Shown here: in pieces, positions 38,268-48,023 of the stretch | Layout: each line of letters starts with the position of its first letter | How positions within the stretch are numbered: the first letter of the stretch is position 1 | Origin: Deltaproteobacteria bacterium | GTDB lineage: Bacteria > Desulfobacterota > Desulfobacteria > Desulfobacterales > SG8-13 | Assembly (NCBI GenBank): GCA_041299015.1 | Contig: JBFYWB010000095.1 | Coordinates: forward strand, 12,275-76,274 | Direction: 5' to 3' | Length of the DNA stretch: 64,000 nt | Made by a program: the position numbers and the translations under genes | The notes under the pieces: model-generated | The model's database searches: none | What the model saw: the letters and a program-made list of their open reading frames with translations, nothing else | Told to the model about the DNA's origin: nothing

Positions 38268-38300
38268 CCTCTCATTCTCCCATTGATGTCATTGTGTCCG

Positions 38301-39467
38301 TTAAACCAGTCCGCTCTCACTCAAGGGGCGACGTTCCAGAATCCGCACGGGGCTGAATTTGGACAGATTCAGCGTCGGAGTCCGTCCGGTAATCAGTTCG
38401 GCCAGGTAACGGCCGACCGCCGGTCCCTGCTGGAGGCCGTGCCCGGAGAAACCGTTGGCCAGAAAGAGCCCCTTGAGCTCCGGCCACTCGCCCAGAATGG
38501 CGTTGCCGTCGAGGGTGTTGACCGCGTAGAGGCCGGCCCAGCCGCGAACGAGTTTCAAGGTGTCGAAGGCGGGGACGAACTCGGCCAGCTCAGGCCAGAG
38601 AAGATCGGTAAAGCGCTTGTCGTCCCAGGAGAAATCATACCCAGCCGGATCTTCGGCCAGCGACTTGCCCAGCAGGATCAACCCTCCGGTTTCACTGCGA
38701 AAATAGAGCCCCGAGGGCAGCACCGTCAATGGCAGCGGAGCAGCGGGCTTGACCATGGTATCCAGCGCGAACACCTGGCGCTTGACCGGCTGGACGGGCA
38801 AATCGATGCCCGCGCTGCGGGCGATCTCGGCCGCCCAGGCACCGGCGCAGTTGACCACGAACCTTGTGGTCATCTTTTTTCCGGATTTCAATCGGACGCC
38901 ACCGACCCGACGCCCCGCAGTCTCGATGGCAACCACCTCGTCGTGAAAATAGGCGGCTCCGAGAGAACGGGCCTTGGACCGGTAACCCATCAGGAAGGCG
39001 TGGGCATCGAAGTGACCGTCGTCAGGGCCGAAGGTTGCTCCGTCCAGACCTTCGACAGCATAGAGCGGAAAGCGCTCCTTGACTTCTCTGGCCGAGAGCC
39101 AGTTTACCCGACAGCCCAGCGAACGCTGCAGATCCAGCGACGCCGCGGCCGCCGCACGTCCAGCCGGAGAAATTAAAAAAAGGTTGCCCTCGCGGCGAAA
39201 CGATACCTGCGGAATGCTGTCGCCTACGGCCATCTCGGTCGCAAAGCGCTCGAGCACCGCAAAGGCGTACTGCGACATTTGAATGTTTTCCCTGAGGCTG
39301 AACTGGATGCGGGCATTGCTCAGGGAAAGGGTGGTGGAGGCCCGGGTGTACGCCGGATCCCTTTCGACCACGGCGACCGTCAGCCCGCTGCCGATTGTCA
39401 TCAGGTTAAAGGCGGTCGCACTGCCCATGATCCCGCCACCGATGATAACCACATCAAACGTCGGCAT
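38301..39467 (-). CDS. FAD-dependent oxidoreductase, DAO family (sarcosine oxidase beta / D-amino-acid dehydrogenase-like)
   Basis: MPTFDVVIIGGGIMGSATA dinucleotide-binding start; C-terminal GFSGHGLQQGPAVG. Start taken at 39467, overlapping the ridA stop by 14 nt. Confidence 0.8.
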   Translation of the reverse strand: MPTFDVVIIGGGIMGSATAFNLMTIGSGLTVAVVERDPAYTRASTTLSLSNARIQFSLRENIQMSQYAFAVLERFATEMAVGDSIPQVSFRREGNLFLISPAGRAAAAASLDLQRSLGCRVNWLSAREVKERFPLYAVEGLDGATFGPDDGHFDAHAFLMGYRSKARSLGAAYFHDEVVAIETAGRRVGGVRLKSGKKMTTRFVVNCAGAWAAEIARSAGIDLPVQPVKRQVFALDTMVKPAAPLPLTVLPSGLYFRSETGGLILLGKSLAEDPAGYDFSWDDKRFTDLLWPELAEFVPAFDTLKLVRGWAGLYAVNTLDGNAILGEWPELKGLFLANGFSGHGLQQGPAVGRYLAELITGRTPTLNLSKFSPVRILERRPLSESGLV

Positions 39468-39840
39468 AGGCCACACACTTGACCTCCACCAGGGCTCCCT
39501 TGGGCAGCGCGCTGACTTCGACAACGGCCCGAGCCGGGCGGTGGCCGGTGAAGAATTCCGCATATATGCCATTGAATTCGGCAAACTTGCCCATGTCGGT
39601 CAGGAAGACATCGACGGCCACCACCTCTTCGAGCGTGCAACCGGCGGCAACCACGATCCGTTCGAGATTGTAGAGGGCTTGCCGCGCCTGGGACGTCAGA
39701 TCGGCGCCGACCAATTCACCGGTTTTCGGATCCAGGCCGAGCTGCCCGCTGACAAACCGCAGCGGTCCGGCAACGATTGCCTGGGCATAGGGTCCGATGG
39801 CCGCCGGCGCCTGATCGGTCTGAACGGTTTTGAGTGCCAT
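39454..39840 (-). CDS. ridA: RidA/YjgF-family reactive enamine/imine deaminase
   Basis: APAAIGPYAQAI, SGQLGLDPKTGEL, PARAVVEVSALPKGALVEV. Confidence 0.9.
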   Translation of the reverse strand: MALKTVQTDQAPAAIGPYAQAIVAGPLRFVSGQLGLDPKTGELVGADLTSQARQALYNLERIVVAAGCTLEEVVAVDVFLTDMGKFAEFNGIYAEFFTGHRPARAVVEVSALPKGALVEVKCVAYADV

Positions 39841-40077
39841 GTTTTGTTCCCTTCTTCCGCCGGTACGCCGGCAGCATTTTGGGCCCGACCAATGTCGGTC
39901 GCTGGTGCCGGTGACGGGTGCTTGGAATGTGACATTACGTGATTAGTTTTGTAATTGTGTTTACCAAGATGTATTCCGCTGTGTCATTATAATGAGTCGG
40001 CGGATGGTACAAGGGAAAAACGCACCTGCCCTCGCAAGAGGGGGCGCTGGTTTCGTCCAATCCTTGAGGAGATCAAT

Positions 40078-40683
40078 GTGAAACGTTACGTTGTCGGCAT
40101 TTGCGGCGCTTCGGGCGTTGTTTACGCCGTCACGCTGCTGAATCAGCTGCTTCGCCTGCCGATGGAGATCCATTTGATTATTTCCGCCGACGGCAGGAAG
40201 GTAATGGCGCACGAACTGGGTTACCACGGCCAGATGGACGAGTTCCTGAAATCCGCCGCCCGCCACGAATCCCACCCGGGGGCGCGTATCCGCGAGCATG
40301 ATGCCGCCGATTTCTTTGCGCCGCCCGCCAGTGGGTCCTTCCGGCACGACGGGATGGTGATCGTGCCCTGCACCGTCAAGACACTGGCGGCCGTGGCCAC
40401 CGGACTGGCGGAAAATCTGCTCACCCGGGCAGCCGACATCTGTCTGAAGGAGAGGCGGCCGTTGATCCTGGTGCCCCGGGAAACGCCCTTCAGCGCGATT
40501 CACCTCGAGAACATGCTGCGGTTGACCCGCGCCGGTGCGACGGTTCTGCCGGCCGCACCGGGTTTTTATTTCCGCCCGCAACGCATCCAGGATCTGGTCG
40601 ATTTCATCGTGGCCAGGATCCTTGCCCAACTGAACATCGATCACCACATGACGGGGGCCTGGGGCGATGAAACGCTGGTATAG
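40078..40683 (+). CDS. ubiX: UbiX-family flavin prenyltransferase
   Basis: GTG start giving VKRYVVGICGASGVVYA. MVIVPCTVKTLAAVA, LILVPRETP. Confidence 0.85.
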   Translation: MKRYVVGICGASGVVYAVTLLNQLLRLPMEIHLIISADGRKVMAHELGYHGQMDEFLKSAARHESHPGARIREHDAADFFAPPASGSFRHDGMVIVPCTVKTLAAVATGLAENLLTRAADICLKERRPLILVPRETPFSAIHLENMLRLTRAGATVLPAAPGFYFRPQRIQDLVDFIVARILAQLNIDHHMTGAWGDETLV

Positions 40684-42478
40684 ATGCCTTTCTGAATTCA
40701 TCTCGGCTCTCGACCGTGTCGGTGAGTTAAAAACCGTCGCAGGGCCGGTTTCGTATTATCTCGATATCAGCCGGTACACCGACGCTGAATCCAAGAGTCC
40801 CGGGGGCGGCAAGGCGCTTTTCTTCAAAACCGTCAAGGGGTCGCCTTTCCCCGCAGCCACCAACCTGTTCGGCAGTCCCAAACGGATCTGCATGGCGTTG
40901 GGCGTCGATGATCTCGACCAGCTTGGGGATCGGATCCGCCGAATGATCGAGATGGCGCCGCCGAGCAGCTTCAGAGATATTCTGGGGCTGCTGCCGGTCG
41001 CCTTGTCGGTTACCCGTTTCTTTCCGCGACGCAGCCGCGCCCAGAGCCCCCCTTGCCAGGAGGTGGTGTATACGGGCGATGCCGTCGATCTGGGGCTGCT
41101 GCCGGTCTTGCACTGCTGGCCCAAGGATGCCGGCCGCTTCATCACGTTGCCGCTGGTTTTCACGCGCAGCCTGAAAAGCGGTCGACGGAATGTGGGCATG
41201 TACCGCCTGCAGGTATTCGATAAAAAAACGACCGGCATGCACTGGCACGTGCACAAGGACGGCTCCCACTACTTTAACGAATATCGCCGCGCCGGCCGAC
41301 GCATGCCGGTTTCGGTGGCGATCGGTGCCGATCCGGCGACCATATATGCCGCCACGGCACCGCTCCCCCGCAATCTGGATGAAATGATCCTCTCGGGCTT
41401 CATCCGCAACCAGCCGGTAGCGATGGCGCCCTGCCTGACCAACGAGCTCGAAGTGCCGGCCGAGGCCGAATTCGTTCTCGAGGGCTACGTCGAACCTCAC
41501 GAACTGAGGCGCGAGGGACCGTTTGGCGACCATACCGGCTACTACTCGCTGGCCGACGACTATCCTGTTTTTCACGTTACGGCTCTGACCCACCGCCGGT
41601 CTCCGGTCTATTGCGCCACGCTGGTCGGACGCCCGCCCATGGAGGACTGCTACTTGGCCAAAGCCACCGAGCGGTTGTTCCTGCCGCTGCTCCAGGCCGC
41701 TTTTCCTGAAATAATCGACTATTGGCTGCCGTGGGAAGGTGTTTTCCACAACATTGTCGTGGTCTCGATCGACAAGGAGTACACCGGCCATGCTCAAAAA
41801 GTCATGTACGGACTCTGGGGCCAGGGCCAAATGAGCTTTTGCAAGGCCATTTTGGTCGTCGACATGAACGTGGATCTAAAAAACCCGTCGGCCATCATGC
41901 AGCGCTTACTGGAAAGCTTCGATGCCCGTTCGGATATCACGCTGGCCAAAGGGGTTTTGGACGTGCTCGATCATTCTTCCCCAACTGCCAACTTCGGCAA
42001 CAAAATCGGTATCGATCTCACGCTGCGATTGGCCGGTGAACCGGAGCGGAAGGTGCCGGAGCGGTTGGACTCAAGCAATCTGCCGACAGAGCATGAACTG
42101 CTGGAAAGAATCCGGCGGCAAATCGCCGGCATCACAGGGCTGCGATGGATGTCAGATGGCGCCGGCGCGCGGGAAGGACCGGTCCTGCGCAACCGGGTGC
42201 TGTGCCTGAATGTCGAACGGGACGTGCAGCCGACGGGGAAGCAATGGGCCGAAATTCTGCTCGACTTTCCGGCGCTGACGCCCTATTCCATCATCGTGCT
42301 CTACGATGCCGGGCTCGATCTCGCCGATAATTCGCTGCTGCTGTGGAAAATGTTCAACAATGTCGACCCGGGCCGGGACCTGCATCTCCAAAATCAGCGC
42401 ATGGTGATCGACGCCTGCAAAAAGGGCGTTGCAGACGGACACGCGCGCGAGTGGCCGGATGAACTCGGATTCGACTAA
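40667..42478 (+). CDS. ubiD: UbiD-family (prFMN-dependent) decarboxylase, possibly the menaquinone/futalosine-pathway type
   Basis: LSEFISALDRVGELKTV N-terminus, NVGMYRLQVFDKKTTGMHW, GPFGDHTGYY. 17-nt overlap with ubiX. Confidence 0.8.
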   Translation: MKRWYRCLSEFISALDRVGELKTVAGPVSYYLDISRYTDAESKSPGGGKALFFKTVKGSPFPAATNLFGSPKRICMALGVDDLDQLGDRIRRMIEMAPPSSFRDILGLLPVALSVTRFFPRRSRAQSPPCQEVVYTGDAVDLGLLPVLHCWPKDAGRFITLPLVFTRSLKSGRRNVGMYRLQVFDKKTTGMHWHVHKDGSHYFNEYRRAGRRMPVSVAIGADPATIYAATAPLPRNLDEMILSGFIRNQPVAMAPCLTNELEVPAEAEFVLEGYVEPHELRREGPFGDHTGYYSLADDYPVFHVTALTHRRSPVYCATLVGRPPMEDCYLAKATERLFLPLLQAAFPEIIDYWLPWEGVFHNIVVVSIDKEYTGHAQKVMYGLWGQGQMSFCKAILVVDMNVDLKNPSAIMQRLLESFDARSDITLAKGVLDVLDHSSPTANFGNKIGIDLTLRLAGEPERKVPERLDSSNLPTEHELLERIRRQIAGITGLRWMSDGAGAREGPVLRNRVLCLNVERDVQPTGKQWAEILLDFPALTPYSIIVLYDAGLDLADNSLLLWKMFNNVDPGRDLHLQNQRMVIDACKKGVADGHAREWPDELGFD

Positions 42479-42915
42479 TCCCGCTTTCGATTCGAATCAT
42501 TGGCGTAAAGAACATTGCGGACGACATCCAGAAAGGGCTGTCGCAGCGCACGCCACTTAGGGTGCATGGCCTTGTCGTCGTGCCAGGTAAATTCAACCGC
42601 GTCAAAGTGCTCCGGGATAAGGTTCTCGTCGTCGACGCCGTAGGTGGATTGCGGGTAGTATTCTACAAAAATCATGCGGTTCGGGTTGATGCCGAAGGTT
42701 TTGGCCACGCTGGTGGCGATGTGGCCGACACAGCTGCGAACCGACATCCGGTTTTCGGGAATATCGGAAGCCACCACGATGTAAGGTTTCAGATGGGCTA
42801 TGTTCTTATGACTGCCTTTTCTGAGGTCGATGATCCTCAGTCGGCACTTGCCGCTTCCCAGCCGGAGTTGGCCGCCGAATCCTTCCCAGGCGAATATGTC
42901 GTCATGGATGAGCAT
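42475..42915 (-). CDS. hypothetical protein (146 aa), last gene of the AAA+/VWA operon
   Basis: Clean ORF with GAGGGG RBS before ATG 42915; the track start 42930 is 5 codons earlier. I recognise no motif. Confidence 0.45.
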   Translation of the reverse strand: MLIHDDIFAWEGFGGQLRLGSGKCRLRIIDLRKGSHKNIAHLKPYIVVASDIPENRMSVRSCVGHIATSVAKTFGINPNRMIFVEYYPQSTYGVDDENLIPEHFDAVEFTWHDDKAMHPKWRALRQPFLDVVRNVLYANDSNRKRD

Positions 42916-43006
42916 AGCCGGACCCCTCATTGCCTTTATTTGTCACCGTCAACCTGTTTCAGGAATCGAACCAAGCCGATGTCACCGATTGATGTGACGG
43001 GGGCCA

Positions 43007-45808
43007 TCAGCGCGTCAGCGCGCCGTAAATCCGCCACAGCTTTTCCGGCAGCTCGGCGACGTCGGCAATCACGTTCTGATGGATCTCACCGTACAGATCA
43101 TCCAGGCGAGCGTCATCGGCCTTGTCGACATTGATCGTAATGGCGTGTACGTGAATGTGTCCTGCCCGCAGCTCGGAGATGGCCCGGCGTGTGTCCTCGA
43201 TCGCATATCGATTCTTATAGTTCAGATCATTCGGAAAACCATCTCCCAGGATGATCAGCAACCGCACCCGCGAAGACACGGCCGCAAATTGGACGGCCGC
43301 ATGCCGGATAGCTGCACCCATCCGGGTATTCTGTTGGGGCGCCATGGCGTCGATGCGGTCGCGGACCACCCCATTCATCGGTTCGGTGAAATCCTTGACG
43401 TGAAAGTAATCCACGCCAAGGCGGCCGCTGCCGGAAAAGCCGGCAATGGCGTAGATATCTCCAACGACTTCCAGAGCTTCGCTGAAGAGAACGATCGCCT
43501 CCTTGGCCACATCCAGCACACGGGCCGTTGACCCGGTGACCGCACTGGCGGTGGAGCGCGACAGGTCCACAAGGAGCAGGACGGCCACGTCCCTGTTGAC
43601 CTTGAGGCGTTTGATGTACAGCCGCTCGGACGGCGTCAGGCCGGCTCTTTTGTCCAGAACAAAGTCGAGCAGGGCCCGGTAGTCGAAGGCATCGCCTTCG
43701 ACCCACGGGCGGCAGAGCTTGAGTCCTTCGGGCTTGAGAAGTTCAAATGCCGTGCGGATTCGCTTGACCAGTCCATGCTGCCGTTGGAGGACACGGTTGT
43801 AAAACTGGCTTTCGACCCCCGCAAGCGAACGATCCCGAACACGGGTGTGCTCGTTTAAGTAATCGCCCAGGTTGCTGTCCCATTCACGGTGCCATGTTAC
43901 CCCTTGTACACCCGTTTCGTCGCCCGCAGGCCAGGTGTCGATCAGCCTCGGCAGCTCTTGAGCCAGCAAAACGGAAAGTTCGTCGACAGACGGCGGCGTG
44001 TTGCGGTTGTCGCGACCCGCGCTAGTCGATGCATTTTTAATCATGGCCGCAAGATCATCTGAAGAAACCAGGCCCTGATGGGCCTCGAGGTGTCTGCGCA
44101 GATCGGCCCGGTAGATTCGATAACCTTTTTCGGCCAATCTTTTTTTAAGCGCCAGGGCTTTTTGATCCAGAACCCGATCGGCGCTATGCACCAAGCCTGG
44201 CCAAAGGTGCCGGTCGAAAGGGGTGTTCAGCGGAAGATACGCTTGACCCAACGGCTGGTCGGGCGCTTGTCCGCTGAGGGCGGTGGCGACCTCCCGGAAG
44301 GCCAGGACGACCAACTCGCCGCTGCTTTCCGCACGGCACTCTCGTTTCCCGGTGCGGTCAGCGAACTGAGTCATCAGATCCTTGACCAGCTGGCGCCGAG
44401 CATCCCCCTGGCCGGCTGCCGTCACCTCCGGCAGCCCGAGAGCAATGACGGCATAGAGGTCGTTCATCAAGCTGTGCGCAGGGCCGACCGCACGTTGCAG
44501 AATCGGCAGAAAGGCCCGGATCAATCCCGGGTAACGACGTCCGAGCATCCGTCTTATCCGGCCGTGCTCGAACACCGTGAAAAGATCGGCCGCCAACGCC
44601 GGCAGAGGAAAAAGATCGCAGAACCGCTCGAAATCCGATGCAAGCATGGCCGGTTGATCCGAAACGCGCGGTATTCCCAAACCGTCAAACGCACGTCGAC
44701 AGTCGGGCGCCGCTAAGCAGCGGTCGAACAACCGTTCCAGGTCGAAATCGAAAGTGCCGAACTCGTGGTGAGCCGATTCGAAACGCACCAAACAGCGGTA
44801 GAGATCGATATTGGCCTTTTTTTGGCCATAAAAAGCGATCTCTTCCGGCAGATAGATGAACCGGCCGTCCGTGCAGGCAGTGACGGCAGTTGGTGCGATC
44901 GGGGACAGGCGACTGTTGAGAGCCGACAGGCAGCGCACCGCGATCTGAAGACCGGTCCGGGCACCGAGGTAGCGATTGAGCTGCGCTTCCAATTCGCGCA
45001 GCGAAACGGCCACCTGAAGTTCCGTAAATATGTCGCGGCCCTTCCTTGAATCGAGCGACAGAAACGTCATGACCGCCTTCGGCTTTTGGCGGGTGTTGTC
45101 CAGTGCCGCGGCAACAAATCGATCGAGCGCTGCCGGGCTCAGCAGCCGCAGACCCTTTCGCATCCCTTCCAGGAACGCCTCGACGAGCTGCACGTCTGCA
45201 CGCACCACCCGCAAAAGCTGCTCCATCTGCCAAACACGCTTCTCCGGCGCAAAGGCAAGGACGGCTTGCGGCAGGTTAAAGGCAAGGTGCTGGCACTGAT
45301 TGTAGGTCAGATCACCGCCGAAGGCCACCGACAGAAGCCTGAGAAACACAGCGGCCGAAGAGTGGTCGCCACTGTCAATCAGCTGCGAGAGGGCTTCCAG
45401 CGGCGGCTTCAGGGTATAGGTGCCCTTTGATTCCATGACGTTTGCGGCTTCGCTGAATAGCCGCAGCAGGGTCTGGCTCCCGACCGTTAAAACCGGCACC
45501 AGGTGAATGGCCATCAACCGGCCGATCGTCGCTCCCCGGTCGCCGGCCGCCCGGACCAGTCGGTGGTAGGTGTCGAGCATCGCGGAGTCACCCCGCGGGA
45601 TCAGTTTGAGATATCCGGCCGCAATCGCCTGTCCGAACGAAATCTCCCGGGCCAGAGCCCAGATGGTATCGCTTTCCAGCAATGCGGCGCCCACCGCCGA
45701 GACCGCCGGGGCGAATTGCGCCAGTTGCCCTCGGACGATAGCGGCGAGATCCGGATCCAAGAGGTGCAGGGCTTCGATCGGTTCCCTATGTTCCAGGTCA
45801 GGTGGCAT
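43007..45808 (-). CDS. NorD/CbbO-like protein with C-terminal von Willebrand factor A domain (933 aa)
   Basis: C-terminal VWA with MIDAS LLLVDLSRSTAS ... ILGDGFPND. Central NorD/CbbO-like block YRCLVRFESAHHEFGTFDF ... FEHGRIRRMLGRRYPGL. Confidence 0.7.
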   Translation of the reverse strand: MPPDLEHREPIEALHLLDPDLAAIVRGQLAQFAPAVSAVGAALLESDTIWALAREISFGQAIAAGYLKLIPRGDSAMLDTYHRLVRAAGDRGATIGRLMAIHLVPVLTVGSQTLLRLFSEAANVMESKGTYTLKPPLEALSQLIDSGDHSSAAVFLRLLSVAFGGDLTYNQCQHLAFNLPQAVLAFAPEKRVWQMEQLLRVVRADVQLVEAFLEGMRKGLRLLSPAALDRFVAAALDNTRQKPKAVMTFLSLDSRKGRDIFTELQVAVSLRELEAQLNRYLGARTGLQIAVRCLSALNSRLSPIAPTAVTACTDGRFIYLPEEIAFYGQKKANIDLYRCLVRFESAHHEFGTFDFDLERLFDRCLAAPDCRRAFDGLGIPRVSDQPAMLASDFERFCDLFPLPALAADLFTVFEHGRIRRMLGRRYPGLIRAFLPILQRAVGPAHSLMNDLYAVIALGLPEVTAAGQGDARRQLVKDLMTQFADRTGKRECRAESSGELVVLAFREVATALSGQAPDQPLGQAYLPLNTPFDRHLWPGLVHSADRVLDQKALALKKRLAEKGYRIYRADLRRHLEAHQGLVSSDDLAAMIKNASTSAGRDNRNTPPSVDELSVLLAQELPRLIDTWPAGDETGVQGVTWHREWDSNLGDYLNEHTRVRDRSLAGVESQFYNRVLQRQHGLVKRIRTAFELLKPEGLKLCRPWVEGDAFDYRALLDFVLDKRAGLTPSERLYIKRLKVNRDVAVLLLVDLSRSTASAVTGSTARVLDVAKEAIVLFSEALEVVGDIYAIAGFSGSGRLGVDYFHVKDFTEPMNGVVRDRIDAMAPQQNTRMGAAIRHAAVQFAAVSSRVRLLIILGDGFPNDLNYKNRYAIEDTRRAISELRAGHIHVHAITINVDKADDARLDDLYGEIHQNVIADVAELPEKLWRIYGALTR

Positions 45809-45835
45809 GCAGGCTAAGCGGCGCCGCTTAAACGG

Positions 45836-46669
45836 TTAAAAGAGGTCGTCGATGAGATCGTTGATGGTTTCCTGAAGCTGCCTGTCGTCGGTCAAGGATC
45901 CGCAAACGGCAGCCCGGCAGGCTTCGCGCTCGCCGACACCGCGTCCGATCAGCTGGGCGGCGTAGATCACTAGCCGGGTGCTGGCGCCTTCGGTCAGACC
46001 CTGCTCTCTGATGCGGCGAATGTTATGCGCCAGAGCCACCAGCCGGCGGGCGGTTTCCGGATCAATGCGGCCCTCGTGGGAAACGATATCGGTTTCTTTT
46101 TGCGCCGGCGGATAGTCGAGATCGATCGATACGAAACGCTGGCGGGTACTCTGTTTGAGGTCTTTCAATACGGATTGATAGCCGGGATTATACGAGATCA
46201 CCAACAAAAAATCGGGGTGGGCTTTGAGGGTCTCGCCCTTCTTGTCGATATACAGCAGGCGGCGATCGTCGCTCAACGGATGGATGACCACAGTGGTGTC
46301 CTTGCGCGCCTCAACGATCTCGTCGAGATAACAGATCGCCCCGGTGCGCACCGCCCGGGTCAAGGGGCCGTCCATCCAGACGGTTTCATCATTTTTGAGC
46401 AGATACCGCCCAATCAGATCCGATGCAAACAGATCCTCGTGGCAGGCCACCGTAATCAGGGGGCGCTTGTATCGAAACGCCATATACTCGACGAAACGGG
46501 TTTTGCCGCATCCGGTGGGGCCCTTCAACATAACCGGCAGGCGCGTTTCGAGTGCGGCTGCGAATAGCTCCACCTCGCCGCCGACCGCAAGGTAATACGG
46601 TTGTTCTTGAATGCGGTTGTCCACAAGGTCTGTCGGCAGTGACTGTGTCATCGGTTCGGCCGTATCCAT
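45836..46669 (-). CDS. CbbQ/NirQ/NorQ/GvpN-family MoxR-type AAA+ ATPase
   Basis: [12 protein letters not shown], Walker [13 protein letters not shown], Walker [22 protein letters not shown]. Start is uncertain among 46669, 46651 and the track's 46768. Confidence 0.8.
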   Translation of the reverse strand: MDTAEPMTQSLPTDLVDNRIQEQPYYLAVGGEVELFAAALETRLPVMLKGPTGCGKTRFVEYMAFRYKRPLITVACHEDLFASDLIGRYLLKNDETVWMDGPLTRAVRTGAICYLDEIVEARKDTTVVIHPLSDDRRLLYIDKKGETLKAHPDFLLVISYNPGYQSVLKDLKQSTRQRFVSIDLDYPPAQKETDIVSHEGRIDPETARRLVALAHNIRRIREQGLTEGASTRLVIYAAQLIGRGVGEREACRAAVCGSLTDDRQLQETINDLIDDLF

Positions 46670-46776
46670 TATCGGGATCCGCGCCGCGTTCGGACCGTGC
46701 AGTAGGATAAGACCGACAGAGCAGGGCCCGGAGGAAAAATCGCCGGCGGCGGATTCCGGCAGGGTCAATCAATGAT

Positions 46777-46806
46777 TTGACTTTTCGTTGGCGAGGCCAA
46801 TATAAT
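46777..46806 (+). promoter_or_regulatory. candidate sigma-70 promoter of the TraB-family gene
   Basis: TTGACT, 18 nt, TATAAT, 62 nt upstream of ATG 46868. Confidence 0.5.
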
Positions 46807-46867
46807 GAAATTTCAAAGTTTCTTCAGCCGGTCACTATAATATGGAAAAGGATTAGAAACAAGCCAT

Positions 46868-48013
46868 ATGACCCAACCCCTTGAATTCGACGGCAAGAAA
46901 TTCTTCCTGGTGGGAACCGCGCATGTTTCGGAAGAAAGTGCCCGTCTGGTGGCCGATGTCATCGACAGGGAAAAACCGGATACGGTTTGTGTCGAGCTGT
47001 GTGCATCGCGCTACCAAGCGATTCGCCAGAAAGACCAGTGGCAGAACATGGACATCATAAAGGTTATCAGGGAAAAGAAGTCCTTTCTGTTGCTGTCGAA
47101 TCTGCTCCTGGCGTCGCTGCAGAAAAAAATTGCCAAAAAACTCAATACCCGCCCCGGGCAGGAAATGATCCAGGCCATCGAATCCGCCGAAGCCGTCGGG
47201 GCCGCCGTCTACTTGGCCGACCGGGATATTCGCATTACCCTGGCCCGCACGTGGCGTTTGATGAGATTCAGGGACAAAATCAAGCTGCTGACCGAACTGA
47301 TCTTCTCTATTGGGCAGGTGGAAGAAATCAGCGCCGCGGACGTGGAAAAGATGAAGCAGCAGGATGTGCTTGAAACCATCCTCGCCGATGTCGGCAAATC
47401 TCTGCCCATCGTCAAGTCCATCCTGATCGACGAACGCGACCGGTACCTGGCCTACAAGATACGGCAGGCCCCCGGGCAAAAAATCGTGGCTGTCGTAGGC
47501 GCCGGCCATGTCCCCGGAATCAAACGGTGCTGGGATACCGAGATCGACATCGCACCGCTTGAAAAACTGCCGCCCAAGAGCAGGCTGTTCGGATTTCTCA
47601 AGTGGGTCGTACCGCTGGGAATCGTTGCCTTGATCATCACCGGCTTTTTCATCGGCGGCTCCAAAGTCGGCAAGGACATGGTGGTCTGGTGGCTGCTGGC
47701 CAACGGAATACTGGCTGGCGTCGGGGCACTGGCGGCTCTGGCGCATCCGCTCACGATCGTCTCCTCCATCCTGGCCGCACCGTTGACGTCGTTGAACCCG
47801 ATGGTCGCCGCCGGCTGGGTATCGGGACTGGTTGAAGCTTTTTCCCGCAAGCCGCGGGTCATCGACTTCGAAAATCTCCAGGAAGACATTCACTCGCTGC
47901 GCGGTTTCTGGAAAAACAAGGTCACCCGCGTGCTGCTGGTAGTGGTCTTTACAAACCTGGGGAGCTCCATCGGCACTTTTGTGGCCATTCCGCTGATGGT
48001 CAAGGCACTTTGA
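46868..48013 (+). CDS. TraB/GumN-family protein with C-terminal membrane domain
   Basis: FFLVGTAHVSEESARLV, DTVCVELC, LADRDIRITL, GAGHVPGI, then about 4 TM helices. Confidence 0.75.
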   Translation: MTQPLEFDGKKFFLVGTAHVSEESARLVADVIDREKPDTVCVELCASRYQAIRQKDQWQNMDIIKVIREKKSFLLLSNLLLASLQKKIAKKLNTRPGQEMIQAIESAEAVGAAVYLADRDIRITLARTWRLMRFRDKIKLLTELIFSIGQVEEISAADVEKMKQQDVLETILADVGKSLPIVKSILIDERDRYLAYKIRQAPGQKIVAVVGAGHVPGIKRCWDTEIDIAPLEKLPPKSRLFGFLKWVVPLGIVALIITGFFIGGSKVGKDMVVWWLLANGILAGVGALAALAHPLTIVSSILAAPLTSLNPMVAAGWVSGLVEAFSRKPRVIDFENLQEDIHSLRGFWKNKVTRVLLVVVFTNLGSSIGTFVAIPLMVKAL

Positions 48014-48023
48014 TTCGACCAGC

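Noticed and set aside
37353-39176. 607-aa plus-strand ORF, the longest unexplained ORF in the track
   Set aside because: It lies entirely antisense to the well-supported M24 and FAD-oxidoreductase genes. The product is Arg/Gly/His/Gln-rich low-complexity sequence with no motif. This is a typical shadow ORF of a GC-rich coding region.
39984-39995. 12-nt perfect palindrome TCATTATAATGA, giving TATAAT on both strands, in the ridA/ubiX divergent region
   Set aside because: I found no acceptable -35 at 16-18 nt on either strand; the best is TTGTAC at 15 nt on the minus strand. It remains a curiosity rather than a supported bidirectional promoter.
39955-40077. N-terminal extensions offered by the ORF track: ubiX from 39955, livF from 22031, hldD from 50131, nusB to 60742, the FAD oxidoreductase to 39584, ribH to 61062 and ribBA to 62366
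   Set aside because: In each case the extension overlaps the preceding gene or lacks an RBS. An internal start preceded by a Shine-Dalgarno sequence coincides with the conserved family N-terminus.
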